Shown here one piece after another: positions 13,400 through 25,058 of a stretch of 64,000 nt of DNA. The notes beneath the pieces were generated by a model. That model did not search any database and was not told where the DNA came from. It saw nothing but the letters and a program-made list of their open reading frames with translations. Origin of the DNA: Leucoraja erinacea (Eukaryota); contig NC_073393.1 of assembly GCF_028641065.1 (NCBI RefSeq), positions 16,058,001 to 16,122,000 of the forward strand. The letters run 5' to 3'. The translations under genes were made by a program, and so were the position numbers. Every line of letters begins with the position of its first letter. The stretch's first letter is position 1.

Positions 13400-14215
13400 C
13401 AGTCCAGTGTAGTTCAGTTTAGTCCAATTTAGTTTATGTTCACGTGTACCGAGGTACAGTGAAACGCTTTTGTGCGTGCTAACCAGTCAGCAGAAAGACA
13501 ATAAATGATTACAATCGATCCATTTACAATGATACATGATAAGGGAATAGCGTTTAGTGCAAGGTAAATTTGAGCCAGCAAAGTCCGATCAAAGATAGTC
13601 CGATAGTCATCAAAGAGGTAGATAGTTCAGCAATGCTCTTAGGTTGTGGCAGGATGATTCAGTTGTCTGATAACAGCTGGGAAGAAACTGTCCTGAATCT
13701 GGCGGTGTGCGTTTTTACACTTCTATACATTTTGCCTGATCAGAGAGGGAAGAAGAGGGTGTGGCCAGGCCTTGATTATGCTGCTGGCCTCGAGGAAGCA
13801 GCGTGGGCTATAAATTGAGACAATAGAAGGGAGATTGGCCTGTGTTATGGTCCGGGCTGTGTCCACAATTCTCTGCAATTTCTTGCCGTCTTGGATGGAG
13901 CTTGTTCCCACACCGAGCTGTGATGCATCTTGATAAAATACTTTCTACGGTGCATCTGAAGCGGTTGGTGAGAGCTGTCGGGGACCTGCCAAACTTCCTT
14001 AGCCGTCTAAGGAATTAGAGGCGTTGGGTGTGCCTTCTTGGTCGTTGCTTCAATATGCGTGGTCCAGGAGATGTAGTTGGTGATATTGACGCCTAGGAAT
14101 TGGAATTTTTTAACGATCTCTACTTCGGCACCGCCAATGCAAACTGGGGTATGTGAACCGCTTCGCTTCCTGAAGTCGATCACTATCCCCTTTGCCTTGC
14201 TGACATTGAGATGGG
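13400..14215 (-). mobile_element. Rex1/Babar-type LINE 3' portion
   Basis: KKLQRIVDTARTITQANLPSI on the minus strand; TTTAG tail on the left. Confidence 0.75.
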
Positions 14216-14239
14216 TCTGTTTCTATGACATGTCGTGAA

Positions 14240-14535
14240 ATTGAAGCACCGACTTTGCAGAGCAACTTTACATACAATTGCCTTAAAGAAACAGACTTTC
14301 AAATAAATTGCTCAAATTACATTTTTAATGGCCAAGTTAAGCATCGAACGTAATAAGGCGAGCATTCTGCAAATAGATTGTCTGAGCGCAGCGCAACACG
14401 ACTTTTAACCACAGAGTGTTTCCACGATCTCATCAGCAGGCTCGCGAGTGCAATTCTATTATCTGCTGTTTGAGGCTTTCCATTTGCTCGAGCTACAAAC
14501 ACATTCACTGAAGGAAAAATGGAGATGTGCAGCAT
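14240..14535. promoter_or_regulatory. Conserved upstream non-coding block, gene A copy (candidate enhancer)
   Basis: Aligns by eye with 33270-33530, 46360-46570 and 60815-61025; ACCACA at 14408, TTTCCA at 14419. Confidence 0.45.
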
Positions 14536-14539
14536 CAAA

Positions 14540-14960
14540 CAAAAAAACATTGGGCCCGACTAACCCATGGAGACCGAGATACCTATCTACATTCATGCCC
14601 TTTTCCTGTCCTTATCCTTTTATTCATTTTATATTCGTGTGTCTTCCTAAATCCGTTTAAAACTGTGATTATATCTACCTTTGACACCTTCTCTGGCAGA
14701 TTGTTCCATATATTCACTGCATGGAAACCTCCCTCGAAGGCATCCTTTAAATATTTCCCTCTTCCCTTTATACATATCTCTTCTAGTTTTAGACCCCTCC
14801 ACCCCTTTGAATAAAGACTGTGACTATCTTCCCTGTTTATGAGGGTCATAATTTCATAAACCTCATTAAGGTCACCATGCAACCGCCTATGTTTCAGTTT
14901 GATCAACCCCAGCCCATCCAACGTCTTCTTTTATCTATAGTCCCCCATTCCAGGCAAGAC
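14540..14960 (-). mobile_element. Old CR1 3' fragment
   Basis: LKHRRLHGDLNEVYEIM..IWNNLPEKV. Confidence 0.7.
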
Positions 14961-15242
14961 GTGAACAAACGTGTAGGTAGGAAATGCAGACGCTGGTTTA
15001 AACTGAAGATAAACACACTCAGTCTGAAGAAGGGTCTCGACCGGAAACGTCACCCATTCCTTCTCTCCAGAGATGCTGCCTGTCCTGCTGAGTTATACCA
15101 ACTTTTTGCATCAATCTTAAACCGCGAACAAATATCTTCTCTACTGTTCTAGCGCGACCAAAACCTTTTAATAGTGTCGTGAGCAGTACCAAACATAATA
15201 TTTCAAGAGTATCCTACCCAATGGCTAGTAGTGAAGCAACAT

Positions 15243-15278
15243 AAGTCTGAAGAAGGGCTTGGACCCGAAACGTTGCCT
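15243..15278 (+). ncRNA. Minimal type-I hammerhead-ribozyme motif in a Penelope-derived repeat
   Basis: CTGAAGA-A-GGG(cttgga)CCC-GAAA-C-GTT: catalytic core, stem II, palindromic stem III (AACGTT) and an NUH site. Confidence 0.5.
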
Positions 15279-15454
15279 ATTTCCTTCGCTCCATAGATGC
15301 TGCTGCACCCGCTGAGTTTCTCCAGCACTTTTGTCTAGCTTGCCAACTATATCCCTCCCACCTCCCGCTCCCCCCATGCCCTTCTCCACCCCCCCCCCCC
15401 CCCCCCCCCCCCTCCCCATCCCCGCGCTACACTTGTAAACACTAAAAATATTAC

Positions 15455-15722
15455 TTGGCTTGTCGATGTAGCAGAAACCATACGACACAAGACAGGTGTA
15501 GTCATCGTTATCCCCGGCAGGCGGCGTTATTTCCAAATAGCTGCAAACATAAAAAGGTCCGGCCGTGCTTTCACAGGGTGTTTTTTTCCGGTCAGAACCT
15601 CCATCTCATTTATTCGCCATGCAATTTCAAAGCTCTCTGGTTAAAGGGCAGACGTTTTACACACGAGGTTACGAGGAGGAGAAATCCTTCAACCGGAACA
15701 AATTTTAAGGAAGTTGGTGGAG
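15455..15722 (-). pseudogene. Orphan C1-set pseudo-exon of the same receptor family
   Basis: PPTSLKFVPVEG / PPRNLVCKTSAL*PESFEIAW / YLEITPPAGDNDDYTCLVS. Stop TAA at 15643-15641, frameshifts (268 nt), acceptor AG changed to AC. Confidence 0.85.
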
Positions 15723-16951
15723 GTGAAACCAAATGAAGGCCTTCTCCATATTTGGATGAACACGTTGTCTCCTTTCTCTCCGCCTAATTGTATAAACTAC
15801 TTATATTAGTTGGTCGATAAATGTTTTTTTTAACCGTCTGCGTTTGACGTTATATTATAAATTCTTGCATGGTGGGTAATAAGATGACGTTAATTTTGTG
15901 CAATGCACAAACAGGTTGAATCTAAGAACTGATACCATGCTTGTAAATGAAGCCAACGTGACGAAGATATTAATTGGCATCCAACTGCTGTGCGACACGT
16001 AGTAAATATTTGTTAAAAAGAGCCCGTTCAATCACTGTTTATGTGTCCGATGGATAGGAGCTTAGTAGACTGTGGCGTCGTATAATTGTTCAACGTTCAT
16101 CGCGCTTAACGAGTTTTAAATTGTATAACATTGTATAATTGTATTGTATATTAATTGTATTTCACGGTTTCGGAAGATATTATCTAATTCAGTGTATTGA
16201 TATATTTTATATAATAACTACTATATATTATATCTAATAAATTACAATGAATACATTGCAAAGGTTCCAATAGTCGTTATTATCAATTTCAACTCAGAAC
16301 AAATGGCTGCCAATTTTGCCACATGGCTGCCCGTGCAACCAATTATATTGGGAGAGCAGAATAGAGGAGAATATTATTTCCTGTCACCAGGTTCAGTAAT
16401 AACAACGCTTTGTATGTGGTTCAATTTCCATGTTTTCAAAAAAGGAATGATACATTTAATGCAGCAATCTAATTGATCTGTAGGTTACTTTGTATTACTT
16501 CTTTCCAAAATGAACACGTTATTGAACCAGGAACACGGAAGTTTCAAGAGGACTTTCAGAATATTTAGTTGAAATAAATAAATGACGCACATGCCTTTAC
16601 CTTTGTTTATGTCCAATACGACGATAGGATTGATCTGCATCATAGCTCATTCAAACATATGCAACGCAGACAAAAATGTTGGGGAAACTCCGCGGATGAG
16701 GCAGCATCTAAGGCGCGAAGGAAATGGGCAACGTTTCGGGTGAGGTGCTGCTCCTCCAATTTACGGTGGTCCTCACTCTGGCCATGGAGGAGGCCCAGGA
16801 CACAAAGATCGGATTCGGAATGGGAGGGGGAGTTGAAGTGCTAAGCTACTGGGAGGTCAGGGTGGTTATTGCGAACCCAGCGGAGGCGTTCGGTGAAGTG
16901 ATCGCCAAGCCCACGCTTGGTCTAACCAATGTAGAGCAGCTGACATCTAGA

Positions 16952-17404
16952 AACGTAAAAATATAGAAACATAGAAAATAGGTGCAGGAGTAGGCCATTC
17001 GGCCCTTCGAGCCTGCACTGCCATTCAATATGGTCATGGCTTATCATCCAACTCAGTATCCTGTACCTGCTTTCTCTCCATACCCCCTGATCCCTTTAGC
17101 AACAAGGGCCACATCTAACTCCCTCTTAAATATAGCCAATGAACTGGCCTCAACTACATTCTGTGGCAGAGAATTCCGGAGATTCACCATTCTCTGTGTA
17201 AAAAATGTTTTTCTCATCTCAGTCCTAAAGGATTTCCCCTTTATCCTTAAACTGTGACCCCTTGTTCTGGACTTCCCCAACATCGGGAACAATCTTCCTG
17301 CATCTAGACTTTCCAACCCCTTAAGAATGTTGTACGTGTCTATTAGATCCCCCCTCAATCTTCTAAATTCTAGCGAGTACAAACCGAGTCTATCCAGTCT
17401 TTCT
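16952..17404 (-). mobile_element. CR1 3' fragment nested in the Penelope-like element
   Basis: EERLDRLGLYSLEFRRLRGDL; flanked by a TCTAGA duplication (16946-16951 and 17405-17410). Confidence 0.9.
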
Positions 17405-18379
17405 TCTAGAGCAGCGGATGCAATAGATGAGGTTCGAGGAGGTGTAGGTGAACCTCTGCCGCACCTGGAAAGACTGCTTGGGTCCTTTAATGGAGTCAAG
17501 GTGGGAGGTGAAGCATTTCTTGTGGTTGCAAGGGAAAGTGCCCGGAGAGGGGGTGGTTCGGGAGGGAGCAGTCTTTGCGGAAAGCAGACAGGGGAGGAGA
17601 TGGGCAGATGTGGCAAGTGGTGGGATCTCGTTGGAGGTGGCAAAAATGTCGGAGGATTAGTTGTTGTATGTGACGGCTGTTAGGGTGGAAGGTGAGGACA
17701 AGGAGGACTCTGCCTTTGTTACGAGTGGGGGGTTGGGGAGTGAGAGCAGAGTCACGGGGTATAGAAGCGACCCTGGTGAGAGTCTCATCTATAGTAGAAG
17801 AGGGGAACCCCGTTCCCTGAAGAATAAGGACCTCCGATGCCCTGGTGTGGAACACTTCATCCAGGGTGAAGATGCGGTGTAGACGGAGGAATTGGGAGTA
17901 GGGGATGGAGTCCTTACAGGAAGCAGGGTGGGAAGAAGTGTAGTCCACATAGCCATGGGAGTCAATGGGTTTATAGTGGAAGCGGCGGCGCTGCTGAACA
18001 GATGCGGCTCGCCTGCAGTCCGCCTGTTTTTACTTTTGTTTGTTGTTTTTTTGTTTTGTTTTAGCAAAATTTTATTTTATTAGATTGTGTTATGGGGGGG
18101 GGGGGGGGGGGGGGGGGGACATATTTTTTGTCTCTTCCTTCGGGGGAATGCGACTTTTTTCTTGTCATATCACCCTTCTCTGCCTCCGTCTGCGCTGAGG
18201 CCTAATGGCGAAGCTGGCGGTCTCCAACCTGCGACCGACCTCGAGGCTCCGGAAGCAGAGCCAGCCAGGACTTACAACGGGAGGTTGGCCGACTTCGGGG
18301 CTGTGGGATGGTGGCCCGACTCGCTGATGCGGCGTTCCAGCTTTCGGCAGCTGGCCGGAGCTGAGGCTGCGGGTCTCGG

Positions 18380-18630
18380 ATCCGAGGCAGCGGGACTCGG
18401 AGCTGATGGAGCGGTGGCCCGACTCGCTGAGGCAGCGGGACTCGGAGCTGATGGAGCGGTGGCCCGACTCGCTGAGGCAGCGGGACTCGGAGCTGATACA
18501 GCGGTGGCCCGACTCGCTGAGGCAGCGGGACTCGGAGCTGATACAGCGGTGGCCCGACTCGCTGAGGCAGCAGGACTCGGAGCGGAGGCAGCGGGACTCG
18601 GAGCGGAGGCAGCGGGACTCGGAGCTGAGT
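18380..18630 (+). repeat. GC-rich minisatellite (45-bp and 21-bp units)
   Basis: GACTCGCTGAGGCAGCGGGACTCGGAGCTGAT(AC/GG)AGCGGTGGCCC repeated about 4 times, followed by 21-bp subunits. Confidence 0.9.
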
Positions 18631-20157
18631 CCAGGTGTTTTTGAGTGCCCGAGGGAAGTAAGTGGTGAAATGGATGAAGTCAGTGAGTCAGTGAGTTGTG
18701 TGTGGGTGCACCAATGCAGTCGTCGATGTAGCAGAGGTAGAGTTTGGGGATAATGCCATGGTAATTTCAAACATGGATTATTCGATGTACCCTACAAAGA
18801 GGCCGGCATAGCTAGGGCCCATGCACGTGCCCATAGCTACGTCTTGTATTTGGAGGAAATGGGAGGAGTCAAACGAAAAGTTATTAAGGGTAAGGACCAG
18901 CTCCGCTAGGCGGAGGAGAGTATCAGTAGACGGGGATTGGTTGGTTTTCCGGTCGAGGAAGAAACTGAGGACTTTGAGACGCTCCTATGGGGGATGGAGG
19001 TGTAGAGAGACTGGACATCCATGGTGCAGATGAGGAAATGGAGACCTAGAAAATGGAAGATGAAGAGCGTGTGAGGTGTCTTGAACATAGGTAGGAAGGG
19101 ATTTAACCAGGGGGGATAGGATGGAGTCAAGGTATGTGGAAATAAGTTTGGTAGGACACGAACAGGCAGAAACAATGGGGCTGTGAGGACAGTCAGGTTT
19201 GTGGATTTCGGGGAGAAGGTAAAATCGGGCCGTGCGGGGTGGGGAACGATGAGGTTGGTGGCTTAGGAGGGCAGGGAGCCTGAGTTGATGAAGTCAGTGA
19301 TGGTGCAAGAGATAGTGGACCGGTGCTCGTCTGTGGGGCCATGTTCCATGTAGTCCTGGACCACACATCTTCATTCTTCAGGGAACGGCCGTAAGATTGC
19401 GGGGTACCGAGGAGACATGAGTGAGGGCCTCATCTATGATGGGAATGGGAGACCCCAGTTTCCCAAAGAATGAGGACATCTCGGATGTTCTGGTATGGAA
19501 TACTTTATGTTGGGAGCAGATGCGACGTTGACGGGGGAATTGGGAGTAGGGCATAGAGTCTTTGCAAGAGGCAGGGTGGGAAGACGTGTAGTCGAGATAG
19601 TTGTGGGAGTCAGTGGGTTTGAAAAGTTTGCAATAGACATGAAATAGTGTTATTGACTGATGTCTCACAAACCCTGAAATCCCACACGGCAATCCAAGGT
19701 GCAGAATTATATAGTAATTTGTAATGTGTTTAACCAAAGAGCTCACATATTGTGGAAGAATGATGGGGAAAATGGGTAACATAGGGAATTTAAGTAGTGA
19801 GCCAATAAATAGATTGATCTTAATTTTTACGTTCCACGGAATAATCGGTTGAGTTAAAATAATCATTAGAGGTTGTAAACTCAGCCGAAGGCAACACAAT
19901 CAAAGAGGGAGAAGTAACATTTATTGCACCCATTTGTTCAACAAATAGGTTTTCTATCGACCAAAGTGAGCATAAAATGCATTGAGCTGATTGGTGAGGG
20001 ATCCATGATTGCCATCAATACTGGTGAACTTCGCCTTGTAACATATCATAACACGCAAGCCTTCACACAATCCATGGATGTCTATGCCATTGCCCTAGGA
20101 ATCTGGCGTGGTCAATTTCCTCTTGACATTCTAAATGGCTTTGCTGGTGTCGTAGAT

Positions 20158-20390
20158 CAAGGGTTCCCAATCTGGGGTCAATTTACCCCAGGGGGTAAAT
20201 TTCGCCTACCAAAAGGGTACATTTGTTGATTCTGGATTTGTACATAATTTTTCTATTTGACTGACTGTGTTTGGTTCTGGTATTTCGGTATCTGGTCATC
20301 ATTAGTTAATCATAAATAAGTGAAATAACATTTTTATGTGCTATTAAAGTTGCCAGTGGTAAACGGGATGAAAAGGGTTGGGTACCTCTA
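20158..20390. mobile_element. Probable hAT-type MITE
   Basis: Imperfect terminal inverted repeats CAAGGGTTCCCAA / TTGGGTACCTCTA; target duplication unclear. Confidence 0.4.
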
Positions 20391-20995
20391 CGTCCTCAGA
20401 AGATTGAGAACATTCAATATGTGTATGAATACTCTCCTAAACTTCTACACATGTATCTCATAGAGTATATTTACGTGTTGCATCATAGCCTGTTTGCTCT
20501 AATCATGGAATCTTGGAAACTTTATTGTCATTCAGACCTTTTGGTCAGAACGAAATTTGGTAATGCCCAGGAAGTGAGGAGATCACAAAGAGTGGTGGAC
20601 ATTGCCTGGTGTATCATGGGTACTGTCCTGCTCACTTCAAAGGAATTGCCTCAAAGAGGTAACCATCATGGCAAAAGACCCACAGTACCCTGCCATGCTC
20701 TCATTTCACTCCTACCATCAGGAGGAATGAATAGAAGTCTGAAACCCGTGACTGCCTGGTTCAAGAATGGATCCTTCCCAACTGCAATCAAGCTCTTGAA
20801 CACTGCACAACACCAACCTCAGCTATGGACTACAGACTGTCTTTGGTTGCATGAAGGACTTCTAGCTTTTTGTACTGATATTGGAGTGATTCGTTTATTG
20901 AGCTTTTACTAATTCTATATTATCTATGTTTATTGTGCTTGAAGTCTTCATTGAGGTCTGTTACACAGCTGCCAGTAATAATGTAATCGTTCCCT
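20391..20995 (+). mobile_element. Degenerate Rex1/Babar-type LINE 3' portion
   Basis: SQRVVDIA..HALISLLPSG..FKNGSFPTAIKLLN. Confidence 0.7.
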
Positions 20996-21269
20996 TGTTG
21001 ATTATTATGACAATTGATCCATGACTCCCTTGACCCCTTGAATATGGACCAGTCCACAGACTCAAAATAGTCGTTAAGAATCGCATCTGCTTCTTCAGAC
21101 CAGCATTGCAGGACGTCTGTTCTTGATCGCCTGGTGTCAACTTCGGCTTGTAGGTCGGGGACAGAACCACAACCAGTTGGTTGGATTTTCCAAGGTTCAG
21201 TGCAGAATGAAGCACGGATTATCTTTGATGGTTGTGTACCAATGGTCGAAGGTGATTGGATCTCAGGTT

Positions 21270-21700
21270 GGTCAGGAAATGCACTGATAGCATTTTAGTA
21301 GCAGGCTCTTAAGGTTGCCCTGATTGAAGTTCCTGGGCATTAAGAACAAGGCCTTAGGGTATTTCCTTTCAAGGCTATCGGTGAATGTGTGTAGTTCCAT
21401 GAGTGCAAGATTAGCATTAGCATGTGGTGGGATGAAGTCAGCTAACAGGATAGTCAATCGGATATCCGGAGGCAGGTAGAATTCATGAAGGTTCATGGTA
21501 AAATAATCCCAGTCAGGGAAGCAGGAACTTGACAGGACCCCTGAGCCCAAGCACTAAGTTGTGCTAATTAGGAAGCAGACCCCTCCGCCCTTCTGGCCTT
21601 GCCCAATGATGCCTTGATGCCCATCTGACGTGGAGAGAAAGCCTCATGCTGATGCGGTGGTTCGCCATGTCCCTGTCAATCAGAGCATGCAGCAGTCTTA
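21270..21700 (-). mobile_element. Degenerate LINE endonuclease fragment (Rex1/L2-like)
   Basis: FYLP..FIPPHAN..YPKALF...NFNQGNLK. Confidence 0.6.
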
Positions 21701-21819
21701 ACATTCATCGTCTTTCCTTAAACTAATATATTTATGTTTAGGTTCATAGAGACCGATTAGCACAGGTATCGTTGTGACCGCTTCAATCAATTGTGCTCAT
21801 TAGATTTCTAACGGTGAAG

Positions 21820-22600
21820 TGGTGAGAACATCTCAGATGTCCTGGTATGGAGCGCCTCATCTTAGCCACTGATGCGGCATGGATGGAGGAATTGGGAGTA
21901 GGGAATAGAGTCTTTGCAGGAGGCAGGGTGGGGAGAAGAGTAGTCTAGACAGCTGTGGGAGCCAATCATCTTTAGGGAACCGAGGTTCCACTCTTCCATC
22001 ATAGATGAGGTCCCCACATGGGTCTCCTCAGTATCTCGCAGCTCCGTCCTTGTTCCATGTCCCCCTAGTCGCAACAGGACCAGTCCCCCTAGTCTTCACC
22101 TTTCACTCCACCAGCGTTGGTGCAGCATATAAACCTCCGACATTGTCGGCATATTCAACGGGATCCCACTATTAACCACTTCTCATTTTCACCCTTTTCC
22201 GCTTTCCACAGAGACCCTCCACAGTGCAGGTTCACGTGCACTTCCTCCCATCTCATCTGTTGTATCCCGGCTGCTCCAAGTGTGGACTAGTATATAATGG
22301 CGAGTCCAAGTGCATGCTCGGCGATCGTTTCGCTGAACACCTTCGCTTAATCCGCCTAGGCCTACGCGATCTCTCAATTGCCAAACTCTTTAAAGTCTCC
22401 CTCCCATTCCCATACTGATCTTTCACTGCTGGTCCTCCTCCACTGTCAGAGTGAGGCCCTACTACAGTTGGGTCTGTCATTTTCGTACCTTACCAATCAT
22501 ATCTCTGTCTCCCTCTCCCCGCCTCTCAATCTGAAGAAGGGTCTCCACTCGAAACTTTCCCTGTCCAACTAAATTACTGCAGCATTTTGTGTCTACCAAT
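21820..22600. mobile_element. Penelope-like fragment with an internal inversion
   Basis: Minus-strand LDYSSPHPASCKDSIPYSQF (21830-21960) joined to plus-strand CSKCGLVYNGESKCMLGDRFAEHLR (GIY-YIG-like), ending in a CTGAAGA..CGAAAC motif. Confidence 0.8.
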
Positions 22601-23749
22601 ATAGGGTGATTTCACGAAAGGTCACTGGAGCGTAGATCCGCACCCACTGACCGAATTTTTTAACTGGAGGACACTTGGTACTACCGGTACATGTTAGTGA
22701 ATGGGAAAACACGCACTTTCACACCCGTTAAAAACATCGAAAACGGCCAGCTTTTGAGCTGCAATTTACTGTGCCAGTCGGGGTGACCGTGAGGCACAGC
22801 TACCTAAATTTACAGTCCAAAGAAAAGATAGAAACTAAGGTAAATTCAAGAGGGAGTTGAAGGTGCAACAGCGGACGTGCTTAGCGGACATTTGTCGTGG
22901 AGATTTAAAGATCCAAAATATCGGGAATTATCGCGTTTGCTTGCTGCATTTCATCAAAAGTAAGGCATTATTGACTTTTTGTATCTTTATTCATTTGTTA
23001 TATGAAAAGTTTTAAAAGTGAAAAATCCGTCAGTAAAATTGCAAAATCGCCCATGGTTCTCAGGTGGGTTTTAACATGCAAAATGAAAACGCTTCTGAAG
23101 CTACATTTACCATTTAAATAATCGTAAACTATCAATGCGTTTTGAAATAAATTTTACTCAGATGCAAGCTAAGGAATGGGATAATTGTCAGCTGTTAGTT
23201 GGACAAAATTAGGACATTTTATTATTTGCCAAAATATATTTCTCAATGTTTCTTGTTTAAAGCCTGCACAATCACCCAAACTATTTATTTATTTATTTAT
23301 TTATTTATCATCTAATAACAGACAAGCCTGCAGCATGGAATGATGTCAACAATCCTGATTTTGGCAAATAATAAAATGTCCTACTTTTGTCAGATAACAT
23401 CTCTGGAGAGAAGGAATGAATGGGTTTCAGACCATTTATTCAGGCTTTTTAGGAGACTGAAGAAATGCGGCCTGTCTCCAAGCTAATCTCATTGGATGAC
23501 ATTCGAAATAAAGCTTTTCACTGTACCTCGGCACACATGAGAATAATAAACCTAAACTAAACCTAAACCCAAACCGAAACATGTTATATCAACGTTAATA
23601 TAATCGAGGGAAAGGGCAGGTAAATACTTAAGATAGAACTTACAGAACTTCGAATTTGAAATACGAACGTTTCAATGCACCGTTTGAATCATTCGTCAAG
23701 TCACGGGCTGATTGACAACCGCTTTGATTAAACAACAATATATTTCATA

Positions 23750-24388
23750 AGGTTCATAAAGTTCATAAGATTCATTTATTGTCACAAACACCAATTGGTG
23801 TAGTGAAATTTCAGGGCCAGGTCAGTCATACGTTAAAAAAAAGCAACAGACTCAAAAAACACATTTTAACATAAACATCCATCACAGTGACTCCTGCACA
23901 TTCCTCACTGTGATGGAAGGCGAAATAAAGTTCAAGTCCTTCCCTTTTTGTTCTTCTTGGTCGGGGGCCTCGAGCTCTCCGTTGACGGAACGGTCTTGAC
24001 TCCCATTCGGGCCCTCCGCATCGAGGCGTTCAGCTCCCGCATCGGGGGGATGTCAGCTCCCCCGAGCCGGGCGATCGAATCTCGCGTCGGGGCTGGACGA
24101 ACCATCTGCGGAGTTGGAGCTCCCGACTCAGCCTCCCCCGATACTGCGAGCCCTTGATGGTAAGTCCGCAGGCCGCGCTGGGAACGATCCCAGGCAAGGG
24201 ATCCGCTCCGATGGTAACTCCGCGCCCCGCGGTGGGGCTCACAACAGTCCGAGGCGGTTTTTCAACTCCACCGATGGTAGGCCGCAGAACCCGGAAAATG
24301 TGATCCGAAACTTGATCACCTCTCCCGGAAGGTAAGAACCCGAAAAAAAAAAGATTCCTTGACCAACCCCCCCCCCCCCCCCACCCCC

Positions 24389-24422
<34 letters not shown>

Positions 24423-24545
24423 ACCCCGCCACATAAAACAAACAGAAGAACATCAAAACAAACTTCAAACAAACGCTAAAAATACCAGAAAGGATGAAAA
24501 AACGAACAGACTGCCGGCAAGGCTGCCATCTCCTTCCTCCGGCGA
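23750..24545 (-). repeat. Interspersed repeat with GC-rich body and poly-G tract (unclassified, LINE-like tail)
   Basis: Layout resembles the insert at 17980-18350 in reverse (GC-rich start, T-rich stretch, poly-G, CpG-rich body); short tandem TTCATAA tail on the left. Confidence 0.5.
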
Positions 24546-24920
24546 TCCCTACTATTTAAACGATTGCATAACGTGGCATTAACTTTGAGACGTCGTTCAT
24601 GAAAAAAAGTTATCACTAGAGGACATTGCGATACTTTGATGATATTTTGCCATGTGCAAACTTTTTTATTGAATAAAATGACATATATAAGCAAGGGCAC
24701 GTGTTTATTTTTAAAAAATCGGTTTTAAATCGCTTGCTTCGCTTTCCGCATCAAAACACGGACCATTTAGAGGGTCAACAACAATTTCCGACAACTAATC
24801 ACAATATGCAAAGTGAAAGCGAGGACTGTCTTTGCGCGTGTATTTTATTGTGATCATTGCTCCTTGATGTGCAGACCGTGGGGAAAAAAAATCTTAATCC
24901 ACGGAATAGTCTTTCGCTTC

Positions 24921-25058
24921 TCAACTTCTCGCTTTCCTTGAAACCTTTACACCCGCGTACATTGAGTATTTGTCATTGTGCTTAGATAGCGATGTTTCCT
25001 TGGAGTTGGAAAGCTGCAGGGAGGTGTAAGTCAGCTTGTCATCTACGCCTCGTTTGGT
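24921..25058 (-). CDS. Gene B last exon (TKRGVDDKLTYTSL..SMYAGVKVSRKARS*)
   Basis: cacag acceptor, 138 nt to TGA, two ITIMs; AATAAA on the minus strand at 24849-24844. Confidence 0.88.
   Translation of the reverse strand, partial: TKRGVDDKLTYTSLQLSNSKETSLSKHNDKYSMYAGVKVSRKARS

Larger units (their letters stand above)
16660..19640 (-). mobile_element. Penelope-like retroelement (RT plus GIY-YIG region), fragmented and hosting nested insertions
   Basis: TMDVQSLYTSIPH, DYTSSHPASCKDSIPYSQFLRL and RVLLVLTFHP motifs. Confidence 0.85.

Noticed and set aside
23203-23392. About 35-bp inverted repeat pair next to a probable DNA-transposon fragment (22603-23200)
   Set aside because: Most likely internal structure of a repeat; could not be classified and gave no independent functional evidence.
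24030-24472. Poly-Gly/poly-Pro ORFs (also 31905-32273, 50058-50483)
   Set aside because: Products of poly-C/G homopolymers within repeats; tract lengths may be sequencing artefacts.
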